Positions 49,827-62,925 of a DNA stretch of 64,000 bases are shown here, piece by piece. Source of the DNA: Eledone cirrhosa (lineage: Eukaryota); NCBI GenBank assembly GCA_964016885.1, contig OZ024743.1, positions 169,694,001-169,758,000 of the forward strand, in the 5' to 3' direction. The number at the start of each line of letters is the position of its first letter. Position 1 is the first letter of the stretch. Below the pieces are notes generated by a model. It was not told the origin of the DNA and did no database searches. It saw only the letters and a program-made list of their open reading frames with translations. Made by a program: the position numbers and the translations under genes.

Positions 49827-51620
49827 CCATTTCTTTCATTGGCAACAACCAGAAGATGTTATTTGAACTGCTTGATAGGAAAGAAAGAGGTAACGACGTG
49901 ATCCCTGAGGCTGAACAGACTAAGGCATTCTGGAGAGGAATATGGGAGCAGGATGTTGTACATAATAGTCTGGCAGTGTGGATTGAGACAGTTAAAAAGA
50001 AGATTAGTGAACAAGCAGACCAACCACCTGATTTGAGTATCACAGCTGAAACTCTTAAAAAGCAGGCCAAAAAACTATCCAACTGGAAATCACCAGGCCC
50101 AGATGATGTTCAAGGATATTGGATAAAAATATAACACCCCTCCACCCAAAACTGACAGCCATATTCAATGACTGCTTGGTGTCGGGTGAAGTACCAGAGT
50201 GGTTGACAAAAGGTACCACAGATCTGGTAATGAAATACCGAATCAAGGGTAATGATGTTACCAACTATAGACCTATCACATGTCTGTCCATATTGTGGAA
50301 ACTGTTAACAAGCATTGTGACTGGGGAAATCTACTATCACCTCCACATAAACAACTTGTTACCGGATGAACAGAAAGGATGCCGAAAGAAGTCCCGTGGT
50401 ACAAAAGACCAGTTACTTATTGATAAGATGGTAATGAGGATTTGCAAGAGGAGGCACACTGGTCTTGCCATGGGATGGATAAATTACAAAAAGGCATTCG
50501 TCATGGTACCTCATGGATAACCAAAAGCCTAGAGATCTTCAAGGTGGCCGACAACATCAGACAGCTATTAAGTAATAGTATGAATTCCTGGGAGACAGAG
50601 CTAACATCAGGTGGAGAATCCTTGGGAGGAGTGAAGATCAAGAGAGGTATCTTCCAGGGAGATAGTCTGTTCACTCTGTTGTTTGCCTTACCCTCATACC
50701 CTTGTCCCTCATATTGACGATCTAAAACTCTTTGGGAAAAGTGAGAAGGAGTTCGATATACAACGGGTGAGATGATAAAGGAAATCGACACTGAAGAGGG
50801 ATACATATATTTGGGTGTTCTGGAGGTGGATGACATCAAGAACAAAAAATTTAAGAAATTGATAAGATCTGAATACATAAGAACATGCTAAAATCACATC
50901 TAAACAGTAGGAATGTCATAAGTGCAGCAAATTACCGAGCTGTGTCTATTATTAGGTACAGTGCGGGAATTCTGAAATGGAATGTTGCTGAATAAAAAGA
51001 AATGGATAGAAAGACTAGGAGGCTAATGACTACCTACAGCATGTTCCACAAGAGGAGTGATGTCGATAGACTCTGCTTAAGGAGATCTGAAGGTGGAAGA
51101 AGTCTTATTAGCATAGAGGACTGTGTTCAGATGGAGAAAAACAGTCCGCACAAATATGTGTCTGACAGTAGGGAGCCAATGCTCAAAGTTGTACTGAATG
51201 AGAAGTCAATAGAACAGAGGATGTCCAAGAAGGAAGTAACAACAAAGAGGAAGAGCAATCTTCATGAAAAGCCTCTTCATGGTATTTTTTTTTTTTAGAA
51301 AACGAAATTCAGAGATCCGCAGACATGGAACTGGTTAAAAAAAGAAGCCCTTAAAAAAGCTACAAAGGGAATGCTACTGGCTTCACAGTAGCAAGCCCTC
51401 AGAACGAAGTGGAGGAAACACCATGTTAACAAAGCGTAGAATCTGTGGAGAGAAAGAGAGGCAACTGTGGCTCACTTCAAAAGGCATGCTTGCTGTAAAC
51501 ACTAAGAACCCTCCGATACGTCCTGAATATCTGAGGCGGCAGGTGGTGGCTTGATGTTCATTTGAACAAACTTTCCAGTTAAATAACACCAATGACTGCG
51601 ACTGCAAGAAAAATAATAAT
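49827..51620 (+). mobile_element. older R4/Dong-like copy with internal deletions
   Basis: [48 protein letters not shown]; same 3'UTR and short AAT tail. Confidence 0.88.
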
Positions 51621-54600
51621 GAAAAAGTTAATGAGGGCCATACGATCTCTTTTACCATGGCCACCGGCAGATAAAAACTGTCTGCCCTTTCTGGCTAAAG
51701 AAAGGCGGCGGGGCAATCCTCACGATGGACTCAACTGATAGCCGGATCCGTCCTACAGCAGGTGTCCGACATAAACCCATAAGTCAGCAATGCTCGTACA
51801 CTGGACGAGTGCGTGCAGGACAGTCTCGTCGTCCGACGCGCACCTCGGACAGGCCCGGCTGACGGCATTTCTATGCCTGTAAAGTTTATTTTGAACTGAA
51901 AACGCTCCCCGGTAACATTGCCAGGCCAGGGGCTTCTGGAAGTTATCGATTGGCCCTGGACCGAAAGTCCTCCCGAAGAGAATAGCTAGTTGGCTTTCGT
52001 CGACGTCCTGAGTTTCACCAAAGAGATTGGCTAGTTGATTTTCGTCGACTCCCAGAGTCTCCCCAAGGACGTCGTCATTCTTGTCCTCCATTAACCCTCT
52101 ATAGAACGCCAAGGTAAAGTTTCAACCGACCGCTTTGTCCGATTGGTCGAGGCCTATGAGCGCCTGAGGACATTCCAATCTCCAAGCACTCCCTCTCGGT
52201 CTTCGCTTGACCGAGGACTGCAGCTCCGTCAAGACGAGCTGAGGAAAAACGTGTCTAGCAAACGGCGACCACACCCGTTCACCGTCAAGGAAGAGGTGGA
52301 GATGCCGTAGCTTGAACGCATGTTTGCGCATCATCAGCCACGACATGCCGAGCTCTCCACGTAGCGGGTGTTAACAGCAGGCGGACCGCCTGACCATCGG
52401 AGCAGGTCCCTTCCACAAAAAAACAAAAGAGCAAACGCTACAATGTAGTCAGACAAGGCTTAGGACAAGGCACAACGGTCATGCGGTAGTAGATGACGGA
52501 CGCGATGTACGCTTTCGCCATCTCCGCTCTACCTTTCAGGGATAGCTTTCTCTCGCCCATTTCTGGGTGAGAGGCCACCCCGTTCGTCCTAGTTTTTGTC
52601 CATCTGGAGGTCCGGACCGAATCAGACCTCTAGCAATTTAACCGGCCCGTCCGTCCAGCGCCCGACGTCACTGTTGGACGGTATGGACCTGCCTGCCTCT
52701 CCAGGTGCCGAGCTGCAGGCCCATCGTCTTTCCCTGGTTAATCATAGCACCTGTCACCGCCTCGTATTCTCTTAGAATAGTGCCAATCGCCTCGATGTGT
52801 TTGGTGCTTGACACCACTACGGTGACGTCGTCTGCATATGCTGACACGGTTCCTCCGCATCCCAGTTCACGCGGGACGCCCCTTAACGTCTCCAGTTTGT
52901 GCAGTAATGGCTCGAGAGTCAATACGTACAAGAGGGACGAGAGAGGACATCCTTGGCGGACCGAGCGCATCATGTTGAACGGTTCCGAAAGGTGACCGTT
53001 CACTCACAGCAGATGTCGCTGTGTCTGGCAGCGATCCAGCCTCTGAAGACGGGCCCAAACCAGGCCGTCCTCAGGACCGCCGCCAGATAACGATGGTTGA
53101 CACTATCGAAAGATTTCGACTGATCTAAATTGATCAAGGCCCCAACTGTGCCAGGTTCCCTGCCCACTCTCTCCGCGATGTATCACATGAGGTGGAGGTT
53201 GTCGTGGATGTATCTGTCTGGAATGGCGCATGTTTGCGCCTCTCCCACCAGACCACCGACAAGTGCCAACCTCTTTGCTAGCACCTTGGCCAAAATCTTG
53301 AACTCTGCGTTTAACAGAGTCATGGGCCTGACATTTTCTATTTTGTCCCCCTTGTTCGGTTCCTTTCTCAGGCAGCGCCACCTCTCCTCGGCGCACAGAG
53401 CCAGAAATTCTTCCGTTCTGCTGCCAGTTGTAGTAGACGTCCGCCAAGGGGTCACCGAACAAGTCTGGTATTTGTACGTAAAGATCGTAGAGCAATCCAT
53501 CCAAACCAGGCGATTTACACATCATACAGTCAATCCTTGCTTTCCGTATTTCAGCGACTGTTATCGGCTTTTCGCAACACTCCGCCTCGGTAGCCGAAAG
53601 CCGCTTCTCCCGAACAGCCGAGCGAAATGTCGCTGAAAAGCCGCACACATTTACCCGGGATCGAGTAGCATGCGCCCGTCGTGGTCCTCCAAAGACCGGA
53701 TTGTGGCTTTGTTGCCACGACGGGCCTCCACCACTAGGGCCCATCGAACGGCTTTCGTCTCCTCGTGTCTGAGAGCACGTGTCCTGGCTCTGACAACGCA
53801 GTCTTCGTGCCTTGCGTTGAAGAATTAGTCGAGCACTAATCTCGCAGCAAGCACGTCGCTCACGATGCCTTTACTAAGTGCTTCGTCGAATTTTCTAACT
53901 AATATTCCCTCTGCTCTATTTTTATCTATTGTTAACGCGTTACTAAACCTAATAGACTCTGTTCTAATCGTCCTTTTCAGGGCGAACCACCATTTCTTGT
54001 TAACGATTGCCCCCGTCAACGCCCGCTTAACGAGTTCGCTAATCCGGTCTCTGTAAGCTTTGCGCATTGTCAGCGACGTGTTTAGCTTCCAGTAGCCGGG
54101 TCCCTGTCTATGAAGCCTATCTAAATCGACCACACAGAACACGAATTTGTGGTCTGTGTAGTCGACTGTCTGAAATTGTGGGCATCTTATGCTAGAACTA
54201 TCTATTTCCTTACAAAATACTCTCTCTAGATACGATCTAGATGCGGTTTGTCCATGTCTACATTGGCACATTCGGGAAATCCAGTCGGTACCTGTCAGAC
54301 AGTTGGAAACATCTGAACAGGTTTGTGAGGCTCTTACATCCTCCTCTCCTGTCCGTTAGTCCCACATAATCCCAGCGTGCATCCAAGATACCGTTCCAGT
54401 TGCTCACTAACACTAAAGAGCGTGGCGTTCCAAGAAAGGTTTCCACGTACCAAAGAAGTCAGGCTGTCCTGCTCCTGCCGGGGATAGTCGGCCACTAGCC
54501 TGAAAGCTTGCCTTTCCCCGTTGGTCACATTCTGCATTACCAACTTACCTTCTTACGTATCTTGAGATCCAGACCTCTCCGGAATAACACAGCCACAACC

Positions 54601-55615
54601 CCAACACCAACCAGATCCGAGAAGGCTTGGAGATGTGTACACCTCGTAGTTGTCGAAAATGGGTGCGAATGCCCGTACCTTGGAGATTCTGGTCTCGCTG
54701 ATAGCCACCACATCTATGCTTAGCGACCTAAGATCGTTGAGCAGATGACCATGCTTCCATGACGACCCCAGGCCATGTGCATTTATAATGCCTATCCTGA
54801 GAGAAGCCATGTTGGCTAAGATAGGAGGATATCAAATGAGAGGGAAAAGATAAAAGCTTTACCTTTGGCTTTTTAGGAAGTGGGTGGGTGATCCATCCCT
54901 CTGACCAGTGGTGGATTTCTCCACGTGAATGTCAGAGTATATTCGCTCCCTGAGGGTCCCTCGATAGTCTCCAATTGCCGCAGGGAACTTTATCGTTAAT
55001 GATGTAAAAGTCTTCTGAGAGATTTCGATTATTTTTATGTGTTGGGTAGGTGTAATTTTAGTGGTTTGAATGTAATTTATTTCTGTGATATTGGTGTTAT
55101 GTTGTATGTAATTTAGAAGTTTTTTGTCGTCCCCGTCCTTTTGGAATGTTGGTGCTTTCTGTGTTTGCTGTGGTGTTGCTGGAGGTGACGATGGGGTTGA
55201 TGATAATGATGATGGTGGTGGTGGTGATGGTGGTTGGGGGTGTGGCTATTGATGGTGATGCTGGTTTAGACTTCAACTTTTTCATTTTTGTTTTGTTTTT
55301 TTCCTCCTCTTTTTTGGGGGGAAGGCGAAGGTAGGGAGTTCTTTCTTTTTTTCGCTGCAATAGTTTTCCACCCTTCAGCGTCATCACACTCCCTATCCGA
55401 TTTAGCGATATCGGGAAGGGGCATGCTTCCCACTAGTCTTGTTGGTGCTGTTGCTGGTGGAGATGGTGTTTTTGTCGTTGGTGTCACTGGTGCTGGTAGT
55501 TTTTCTGCCCCTGGCTCAGGTGGCTGGCTTGGACACTCCAGTCGCGTGGAATGTCGTCGAGAGAAGAGTGGAGCGCCTGTCCACCTTTGTTTGCTTGTGG
55601 TAGAAGGCCTTTAGG
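51621..55615 (-). mobile_element. Tx1-like LINE copy I (family of E), both ends lost
   Basis: ORF2 ATG 54810 (MASLRIG), YTDH, YADD, CPRC. ORF1 C-terminus KFPAAIGDYR and ECDDAEGWKT. Confidence 0.88.
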
Positions 55616-57060
55616 TGCGTCTATATTTTTGAATAAACATATTTTCCTTATTTATTCGTATTTAGACTGTTGCATTGTCAGTGCAAAGATAAAGTGGGAA
55701 GACTTGGAATTTGGGTGTCTTATCGCTTGCGCATATGTCTAGATGTGCACTGAGTGGTATCTGTCTAGTGGTAGGGTCTCGTAATTGTTGGCGATGAATT
55801 GTCATTCTGTTTCTGAGTGTAAGTTTAGTTTGCCCTATATAATCTTCATTACAACCTTTACATTTAATGGCATAAAGTAAATTTTTTGATGAGCAAGTGA
55901 AATGATTTTTTACAACAAAATTTTGTCCTGATTGAAATGTATATATTGTGCCTTCAATGAGGTGAGTGCAAGTTCCGTAATTAGAACGACTACATTTTTT
56001 GACAGTTGGTTGTGGGTTTGTGGTGGGTAATGTTTTTAGTGATTTAGGTTGTTCTTTTGCTTTTTGATTATTTTGTGTGTTTCAAATGCTTTTTTCATTC
56101 TTGGATCTTGTTTCAATAGTGGGATGTTCTTGTGAATAATGTGGTATGCTTCTGTATTTCTTGGGTTGTGTGTTGAGATATATGATAGAATATTGGACGT
56201 ACCTTGAGTTTGTTTCTGTTTTCGTAATTCTTCAATGCCTATTGCTTTAGCCCTTTCTATTCTATTATCTATTAATAACGGAGGTGTGGGGGGGGGGGGG
56301 GGTACTGTCTTTCGAGCAGAATTTCCTTTAATTCTTGAAGTCTTTTATTCCACGTTTCATGATTGGAGACAATTGTGCAAATTCTTCTTGCTAGATTAAA
56401 AGGTATGTTCATCTTCGTGTGCTTTGGATAGCTGGAGGTGAATAGCAGGTATTGTTTGGAATATGTTGGTTTGTAGTAGATGTATTTTTTTATGATTAAG
56501 ATGTCCAGAAATGGGAGTCGGTTTTGACTGTATTCCATTGTGAAATGGATATGGTTATTGATGTTGTTAATTAAATTTTTGAATTCATTTAGTTGGTCGA
56601 GTGTGTGAGACCATAGAATAAGGCAATCATCCAAATAGCGTTTCCAATTCTCTGATAAATATTTGTGGAAGTTCAAGCCGTATTTCAATTTGGAATATAT
56701 CTGGAATTCTAAGTATGCCATAACTAAGGTAGCGTCAGTTGGAGCGATTTTTGTCCCCGATATTTGTTTGTAAGTTTTGACATCGAAATCAAAAAGTTGT
56801 TTTGTAAAATGAATTTTGATCCCTCGGTGATGAAGCTTTTTTCTATTCTTTCCGGGATTTCATTGGGGGTATTTTTCTAGCCAGAATCCTATTGCTTCCA
56901 GTCCATATTTGTGTGGGATCGTCGTGTAGAGGTTCTCTACATCGAAAGACACTGTTATAGTGTCGTTTTGACCTGTTTGGGAGGTGGTTTAAGAGGTCCA
57001 GGTCTTCTCTATCAAAGGCTTGGTCTGAGTTTGAGAATTGGTTTTAGTAGTATGTCTATA
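55616..57060 (-). mobile_element. Penelope-like element fragment (RT plus GIY-YIG endonuclease)
   Basis: VSFDVENLYTTIP, WKRYLDD, LPFLDI, NIPFNLARRICTIVS, CKGCNEDYIGQT..LRNRMTIHRQ. Confidence 0.88.
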
Positions 57061-57065
57061 AAGTT

Positions 57066-57190
57066 GATCTGAGTTCAAATCCCGCCGAGGTTAACTTTGC
57101 CTTTCATCCTTACGGGGTCGATAAAATAAAGTACCAGTAATACACTGGATTAATTGCTGGCCTTGTGCCAAATGTAGAAACAATTATAAT
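57066..57190 (+). mobile_element. Meta-type SINE, 3' half
   Basis: GAGTTCAAATCCCGCC...GCCTTTCATCCTTACGGGGTCGATAAA...CCTTGTGCCAAATGTAGAAACAATTAT. Confidence 0.85.
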
Positions 57191-57259
57191 AGAGAGTAAA
57201 AATGGGTTAGTGAAGTGGAGTGAAGAAAGGTAATAAATAAAGACATGATGATATGGAGA

Positions 57260-57666
57260 CTGAGCCGGATCTAATGGGTGGAGATCCCCCTCTCCCGCGG
57301 TTGGGGGGGGGGGGGCTACCAGCGACGGCCAACGAATTTATTTATTTGCTGACCTTTTTTTTAGTTTTACCTCTTTGTCAACGAGGACTATATTTTTAAC
57401 AAAAACTATTTAATGTCCCCTTACTGTGGCAAAATTCATCAAATGTCTGGTCTCAGACTGTGACAACCCTCTAACATACACCAATTTAGAAAGTGGCCGT
57501 AAAATGAGGCTGGTTAGATTTTTTTTTAATTTAAAACCTGTATGTATAACTTTTTAATTCCGATTATTTGTGCGAAGCCGACTTTGATATGTAAAATTGG
57601 GGGTTGCTGTATATTCTAATTTTTGTGTAAGTGCCCTGGCCTCCCCAAGGTCTAAATCTGGCCTTG
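57260..57666. mobile_element. possible degenerate MITE
   Basis: Imperfect terminal inverted repeats CTGAGCCGGATCTA / TAAATCTGGCCTTG; no clear TSD. Confidence 0.35.
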
Positions 57667-57689
57667 GTTGAAGAGTATGAGATATGATG

Positions 57690-58260
57690 ATACTAAAGGA
57701 AGAGGGTATTATATGAGTGGTAAGGAGTGAGAGAGAGCGAGGAGCAGGAGTACGTTGTAAAGAGTGAGATGGAGAGACTGTAAGAGAGATGATGACAGGG
57801 AAAGAATACAGAGAGGGTAATAATGATTTCTCATTATTATGTGATTAGAGGAAGAGTTTGATAGGATAGAAGTGAGAGGGGGGAATGAGAAATATAGGGG
57901 GGGGGGGGTAGACAAAGAAAGAGAGTGAGGGTGCAGATAGTTTGATAGATTGCAAGGTGTGTATGTGTGTAAGCGAGAAGGTAGTGTGTGAGAAAGTATT
58001 CCGAAATAGGGAAAAGATAGACAGTGTGTGATAGAGTGATAAAGAGAGATGAGGTATGTGTGTGGGAGTGAGAGAGAGGGAGATATAAAAACGTGTGTGA
58101 TAGAAAGAGATAATGTAAGAAAAAAAAACAAGAGAAAAAGGAGTGGAAGAGAAAGAATTCTGTGTTTGAAAGAGAGGACACAGAAAAGTGTGTGTGAGAA
58201 AGAGAGAGAGCGTGAAGTGAGTGTAGCTAAAGAGAAGACTGTGTATGTTTGAGAAAATGG
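57690..58260. repeat. GA/GT-rich low-complexity tract
   Basis: Direct reading. Confidence 0.85.
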
Positions 58261-59882
58261 GGTAGACGGCGGAGGCGGTGAAGTTTGGGACACTTGTTAA
58301 CTTGTCTTTAGTAGTAATGATGTTGGTGTTATTTTATTTATTTTCCTCCTTTAAAGAATTAAAATCACAACCTGCTACACGCAGACATATATATATATAT
58401 ATACATACCCGTTACATACAGATAATGCTCATTTCAAACGAAAGCCACTCCCATCTAATGATCGTCGATATTTAGAGTAATAAGGAGAAAGGGAGAAAGA
58501 GACTGTCTGTACACAATAGTGGTTAAGGTGTCGGTTTATATATATATGTGTGTTAGTGTGTACATGGGCCACTAGTTCTACTGTGAAATAGAGAGAGAAA
58601 GATCAGCAGTAAGCGTGCTTACATTTATAATATATATGCATACACACATTAGAGACACACATACACACGTCACTCCACGCTTCTGTAGGTGTCTAAAACC
58701 AACACTACTACCACCATTACTATTACAACTGCTGCTAATAGTTTTACAAAACTACTAAACTCACAATCAGTAAGTACTAGAGTGCATATCATTACCTTCA
58801 GCCTACTATTTAAGTTAACTTTATAGCGATTATACACATACACACATCGTGTATATATATATATATATACATTCATACTTTAAAATCTAAACTAAACATA
58901 TATATATATATTAATATTATTGATATTAATGATACTCCGGATAAAGCGGTTGAGTGCTTCTAACTTGTTGTAAATTAATTTTGTTGAATAATCAACAAAT
59001 TAAATAACTCATTGTTTATATATATATATATATACACATACACACACACATAATGCGATGTTCTGTTGTATAGCCGGCGCATGCTATACAAGATACACAA
59101 ACATGGATTGATATTTATAGTGTAATAATAATAAGAACAATAATAATAATATCGGTGGTGGTGGTTATGACGGTGATGCTAATGAAGATGATTAATAACT
59201 GTTATAACAATACGTTCCTGAGGATGGATACTTTACCAAACATTAACAACATCAAAAATTCGAACCTTAGAATGTGATTGTTGTTGTTGTTGATGTTGTG
59301 ACTGTTGTTATTGCAAGGTAAGTTGAGATGATAATTATTAGTTGGTTAGTAAGGTGTATGTGCCTGTATGTGTATATTGTATGTTGTGTGTATATATCTT
59401 TTGTGTTACAGTTCGGTGTTTTGGGGTAGAAGGCGACGTCTGTGAAATGTAGTGAAAATTGTTGTAATTAATTGCCGCTAACTTTCACCTTATACCACCA
59501 CCACGCATTATTGCTTCCTTCCTCGTGTTGACGAGCAATGATCGGAGGGAATCCAAATGACCATTCCGACTTTTTGTAGGGCTATGTATTGTATACCTAT
59601 GGCCGTCACTGGCAATCGAGGCTGACTTCTTATCAGTATCATATCATGCATTTTGAGTTTTGTTTTAAATGCCCCAGAGTACTCGCGAGCAAGACACCTT
59701 ATTACAGAGTTTGTGCCGCCCTTGGCCGGCCTTTGGTTTTCCACTACCACACTACTTCCCACGAAAAACAATCCAGTAGGTGACATGTCACCTAGGGCGG
59801 TGCTCCTTCTAACTACGCTATAGCTCTCTTCAACGGAACGTCTGGGATGACACTAAAAGAGAGGACTATATCGGCTTTGGGT

Positions 59883-60168
59883 TGGTACTTTCTTTATCGA
59901 TCTCAAAAGGATGAAAGCAGTTCTGGATTTAGGACAAATGAGGCCATGTGCTAGTTAAGTTATGAGGCCCCTTAGGACGTAAAACATTTTTTTGCAGGAA
60001 GATCGGCCTCACTGGCCAACGGGACCTGTGCTTAAAGCACACCGAAGCATAATGGTAAATCCAGCACTGTATAAAAGGCAACATAAATCTCGGTAGGATT
60101 TGGACGCAGATCGCAGAGAGCCGGAACAAATATCACAACGCTCTAACGACCCTGTCAATCAACTGCCT
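59883..60168 (-). mobile_element. degenerate Meta-type SINE interrupted by a MITE
   Basis: GGTACTTTCTTTATCGATC..AAGGATGAAAG | GCAA..CTCGGTAGGATTTG..CTGTCAATCAACTGCC parallels 44077-44216. Confidence 0.65.
59918..60069. mobile_element. 152-bp hAT-like MITE
   Basis: TIRs CAGTTCTGGATTTA / TAAATCCAGCACTG (13 of 14 match); degenerate 8-bp TSD GATGAAAG/TATAAAAG. Confidence 0.7.
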
Positions 60169-60819
60169 TAAGTCTGTATAGGATATATATATTATTCAAT
60201 ATATAATTTCCTCAGTGAAAGACGCGACAGGATACGCGATTTGAGGGACGTTTGACTTTGACTACTGTTTCTAGCAAATCAAGTAACACCGTAGAGACAC
60301 GCTTCTTGGCTCGTCCTCGTTGTCAGTGTTGTGTGATAAAGCATCTATTACAGGAAGATGAGTGGTGTTGATCCGTTCATTGCTATTAGTGTATGTGTGT
60401 GTGTGTGTGTTTATGTATGGGTATGTATATGTATATATGCATGTATGTGGGTAATGCAGTTCATAGACAAATAGGAAACTCACACGCGAGAAATAGCAGT
60501 TAAAACAGCCGAATGTCGTTAATAATAACAGCATAGAAGTCTTGTAAAAATACCCATAAGGACGGAAAATAGTAGCCAGTAGCAGAGAAACGGGAAGTTG
60601 TAGGACCGGGTGGGTGAAAAGTATAGATGATTAAGAGAGGAGTGTATTGTCATAGGAGTGATAAGGAAAGGAGAATAAAAGCTAAACAAGTGGAAACAGA
60701 TGTCATGTATGTGTATGTATATATATATACACACAAACCCATGCTAGCGTGGAAGATAGACGTTAAACGATGATGATGATGATGATACATAAATACGTAC
60801 GTATATATACATATATAGT

Positions 60820-61620
60820 CAGACTGCCAACGGTTCGTACTGTCACCTCTCCTGTTCATTATTTACACGAACAGGGTTAGAAGTGGTATTATGACAGGCA
60901 GGTGTAAATCAGTTGACTGAAATTTGCAGACGACATGGTGTTAGTTAACTTGACAGGTGATCTCCGACTTGCACTTGGTAGATTTGATGTCGAGTGTTGC
61001 AGGGCTGGAATGAAAATCAATGCTGCAAAAACTGAGACACTTGTCCTCTCAGGGAAGCCTGCGCAGTGCACTCTACATGTAAATGGAGTTCCACTGAAGC
61101 TTGGGGCCGTGTTCGCAAGTGATGGAAGACAGGAAGCTGAATTAAGTGCAAGAATTGCAGGAGCTGGTGCAGTAATGTGCCAGCTTCAGCATTTACTAAT
61201 CAGAGGATGGGAGGTAGGTGTAAAAGTCAAACTCAGTTATCTTCAATTCAATATTCGTGCTAACCTTTACCTATTATCATGAATCTTGGGTAATGACCGA
61301 AAGAATACAATCGCGAATACACAAGAAGACGAAATGGGGTTCCCCTGACGGGTCTTTGGAGAAACGTTACTCAATAGAGTGCATAGCTCGGAGATCAGCT
61401 CTGATACTATGAGCATGTGGTTAGAATGTCTCAGGAAAGAATTGCTGGACAGATTTTACAGGCAAAACCAACCAGCAGAAGACCCAGAGCTTGGCTGGTC
61501 TCGCTTGGAGATCCAGCTGGATCAGTTGGAAATGGTTGTTTCTGACAGGACCCACTGGAAGGAGCGTTTGAAAACGGTGCCCCCATGACCCTCTCAGGAA
61601 TAAGTGGGCGAAGAAAAAGA
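60820..61620 (+). mobile_element. RTE-clade LINE 3' fragment
   Basis: VLSPLLFIIY, FADDMVL, MKINAAKTETLV, LGAVFASDG, ELSARI. Confidence 0.8.
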
Positions 61621-62172
61621 TATATATATATATATATTCTATATATATAAGAGATGAAGCTAATCGAATAGAATGGACACAGCTTAAGTCGTTTCCTCAC
61701 TCACTCAATAATCTAAATAAGTCTGTATTATTAAAATTCAAACTCAACCAATTAGAGTGTACACGTGTTAAACAGTGAGGAAGATGACTTCATGTGAATA
61801 GGAATATTGAGATACCCAGACCGATGCATCAGTTTCTACGATTCCAAACTCCTGGCAGCGTTCCGAGTGGAGCGACTAGCTAATGTTAATGTACATTACG
61901 TAATTTGGCAGGGAACTGCATCATCAGTGTAAGTTCCCGTCCCTGTAATGGAACGTTCCATATGGCATGCTAGTACATCCTGTTGTTGGTTGCAAGTGAA
62001 TGTAATAGTCCTCAATTTCAAGTGATGCATGACTGCATATCAAATAGAAGATAAGCCAGGGATTACACGGCATTGATACAAATTGAACAAATATGGCCAT
62101 GTCAAAAGCACTCTACCAGACAATAAATATGCATATATACATGCATATATATATATGTGCGTATGTATATAT

Positions 62173-62517
62173 GAAGGCACATGGCTTAGTGGTTAGAGCA
62201 TTGGCCTTGCAATCGAAAGGTTGTGAGTTCAATTCTCAGATCGGGTGATGTGCTGTTTCCTTGAGCAAGACACTTTATTTCATATTGCTCCAGTTTACTC
62301 AGCTGTAGAAATGAGATGATAGGGGCTGGGGTCCATATCATTCCACTGTAAAGTGGTCGTGGAGGTGCCATGGCAAAAAAGCACCCAGCACTCACTGTAA
62401 ATGAGGTTGGTGTTAGGAAGGGCATCCAGCTGTAGAAATCAAGCCAGAATCAGTTCCCGTCCCACCCTTGCAAGCAGGGAAAAACGGACGTAAAATGAAA
62501 TGATGATGATGATGATG
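62173..62517 (+). mobile_element. tRNA-derived SINE with CORE/V-like segment and (GAT)n tail
   Basis: A-box TGGCTTAGTGG, B-box GAGTTCAATTC, CCTTGAGCAAGACACTT, tail GGACGTAAAATGAAATGATGATG. A similar tail lies at 60737-60786. Confidence 0.8.
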
Positions 62518-62925
62518 TATCATATATGTATGAATAAATGAATGAGTGAAGCCATGGTTGAGTAGTTAAGAAATACACTTTGCAATCATGATGTTCCCGG
62601 GATCGATTGGGTTGTGTGGTATCAATAGCTTCGGATCAACCCAAAACCTTGTGAGTAAAATTTACTAGACAAAAATTTGTGGAAACCCGCTGGATGATTT
62701 CTGTCTATAATTGAAAGGCTTGGCTTTTCCACACACTGTAATTTATGTGAAGGGCACACGTGTTTATGGAATTATTAGTCACTCACACATTAGTTACCAT
62801 ATTTGCCGGCTTACTGAACATTTTTTTCAAAAAATACATATAAAAAATCTTGCCTGTGTCCAATATCACAGAAGGGAGGCCGAAGGGAATGTGAGGACAA
62901 TCATGGTTAAACAAATTTAGTTAGT

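Noticed and set aside
9434-55615. Recurring + strand ORFs such as MIKDPPVPGS... and MPLLSASSNF... as a conserved antisense gene
   Set aside because: They are shadows of conserved ORF2 codons with variable starts and ends; there is no independent support.
55616-57060. Hammerhead ribozyme in the Penelope-like element
   Set aside because: No CTGANGA...GAAA core with stems was found; the pLTR region appears deleted.
62173-62250. tRNA gene (also 44130-44216)
   Set aside because: Only A/B boxes of SINE heads; no complete cloverleaf, and the sequence continues into a SINE body.
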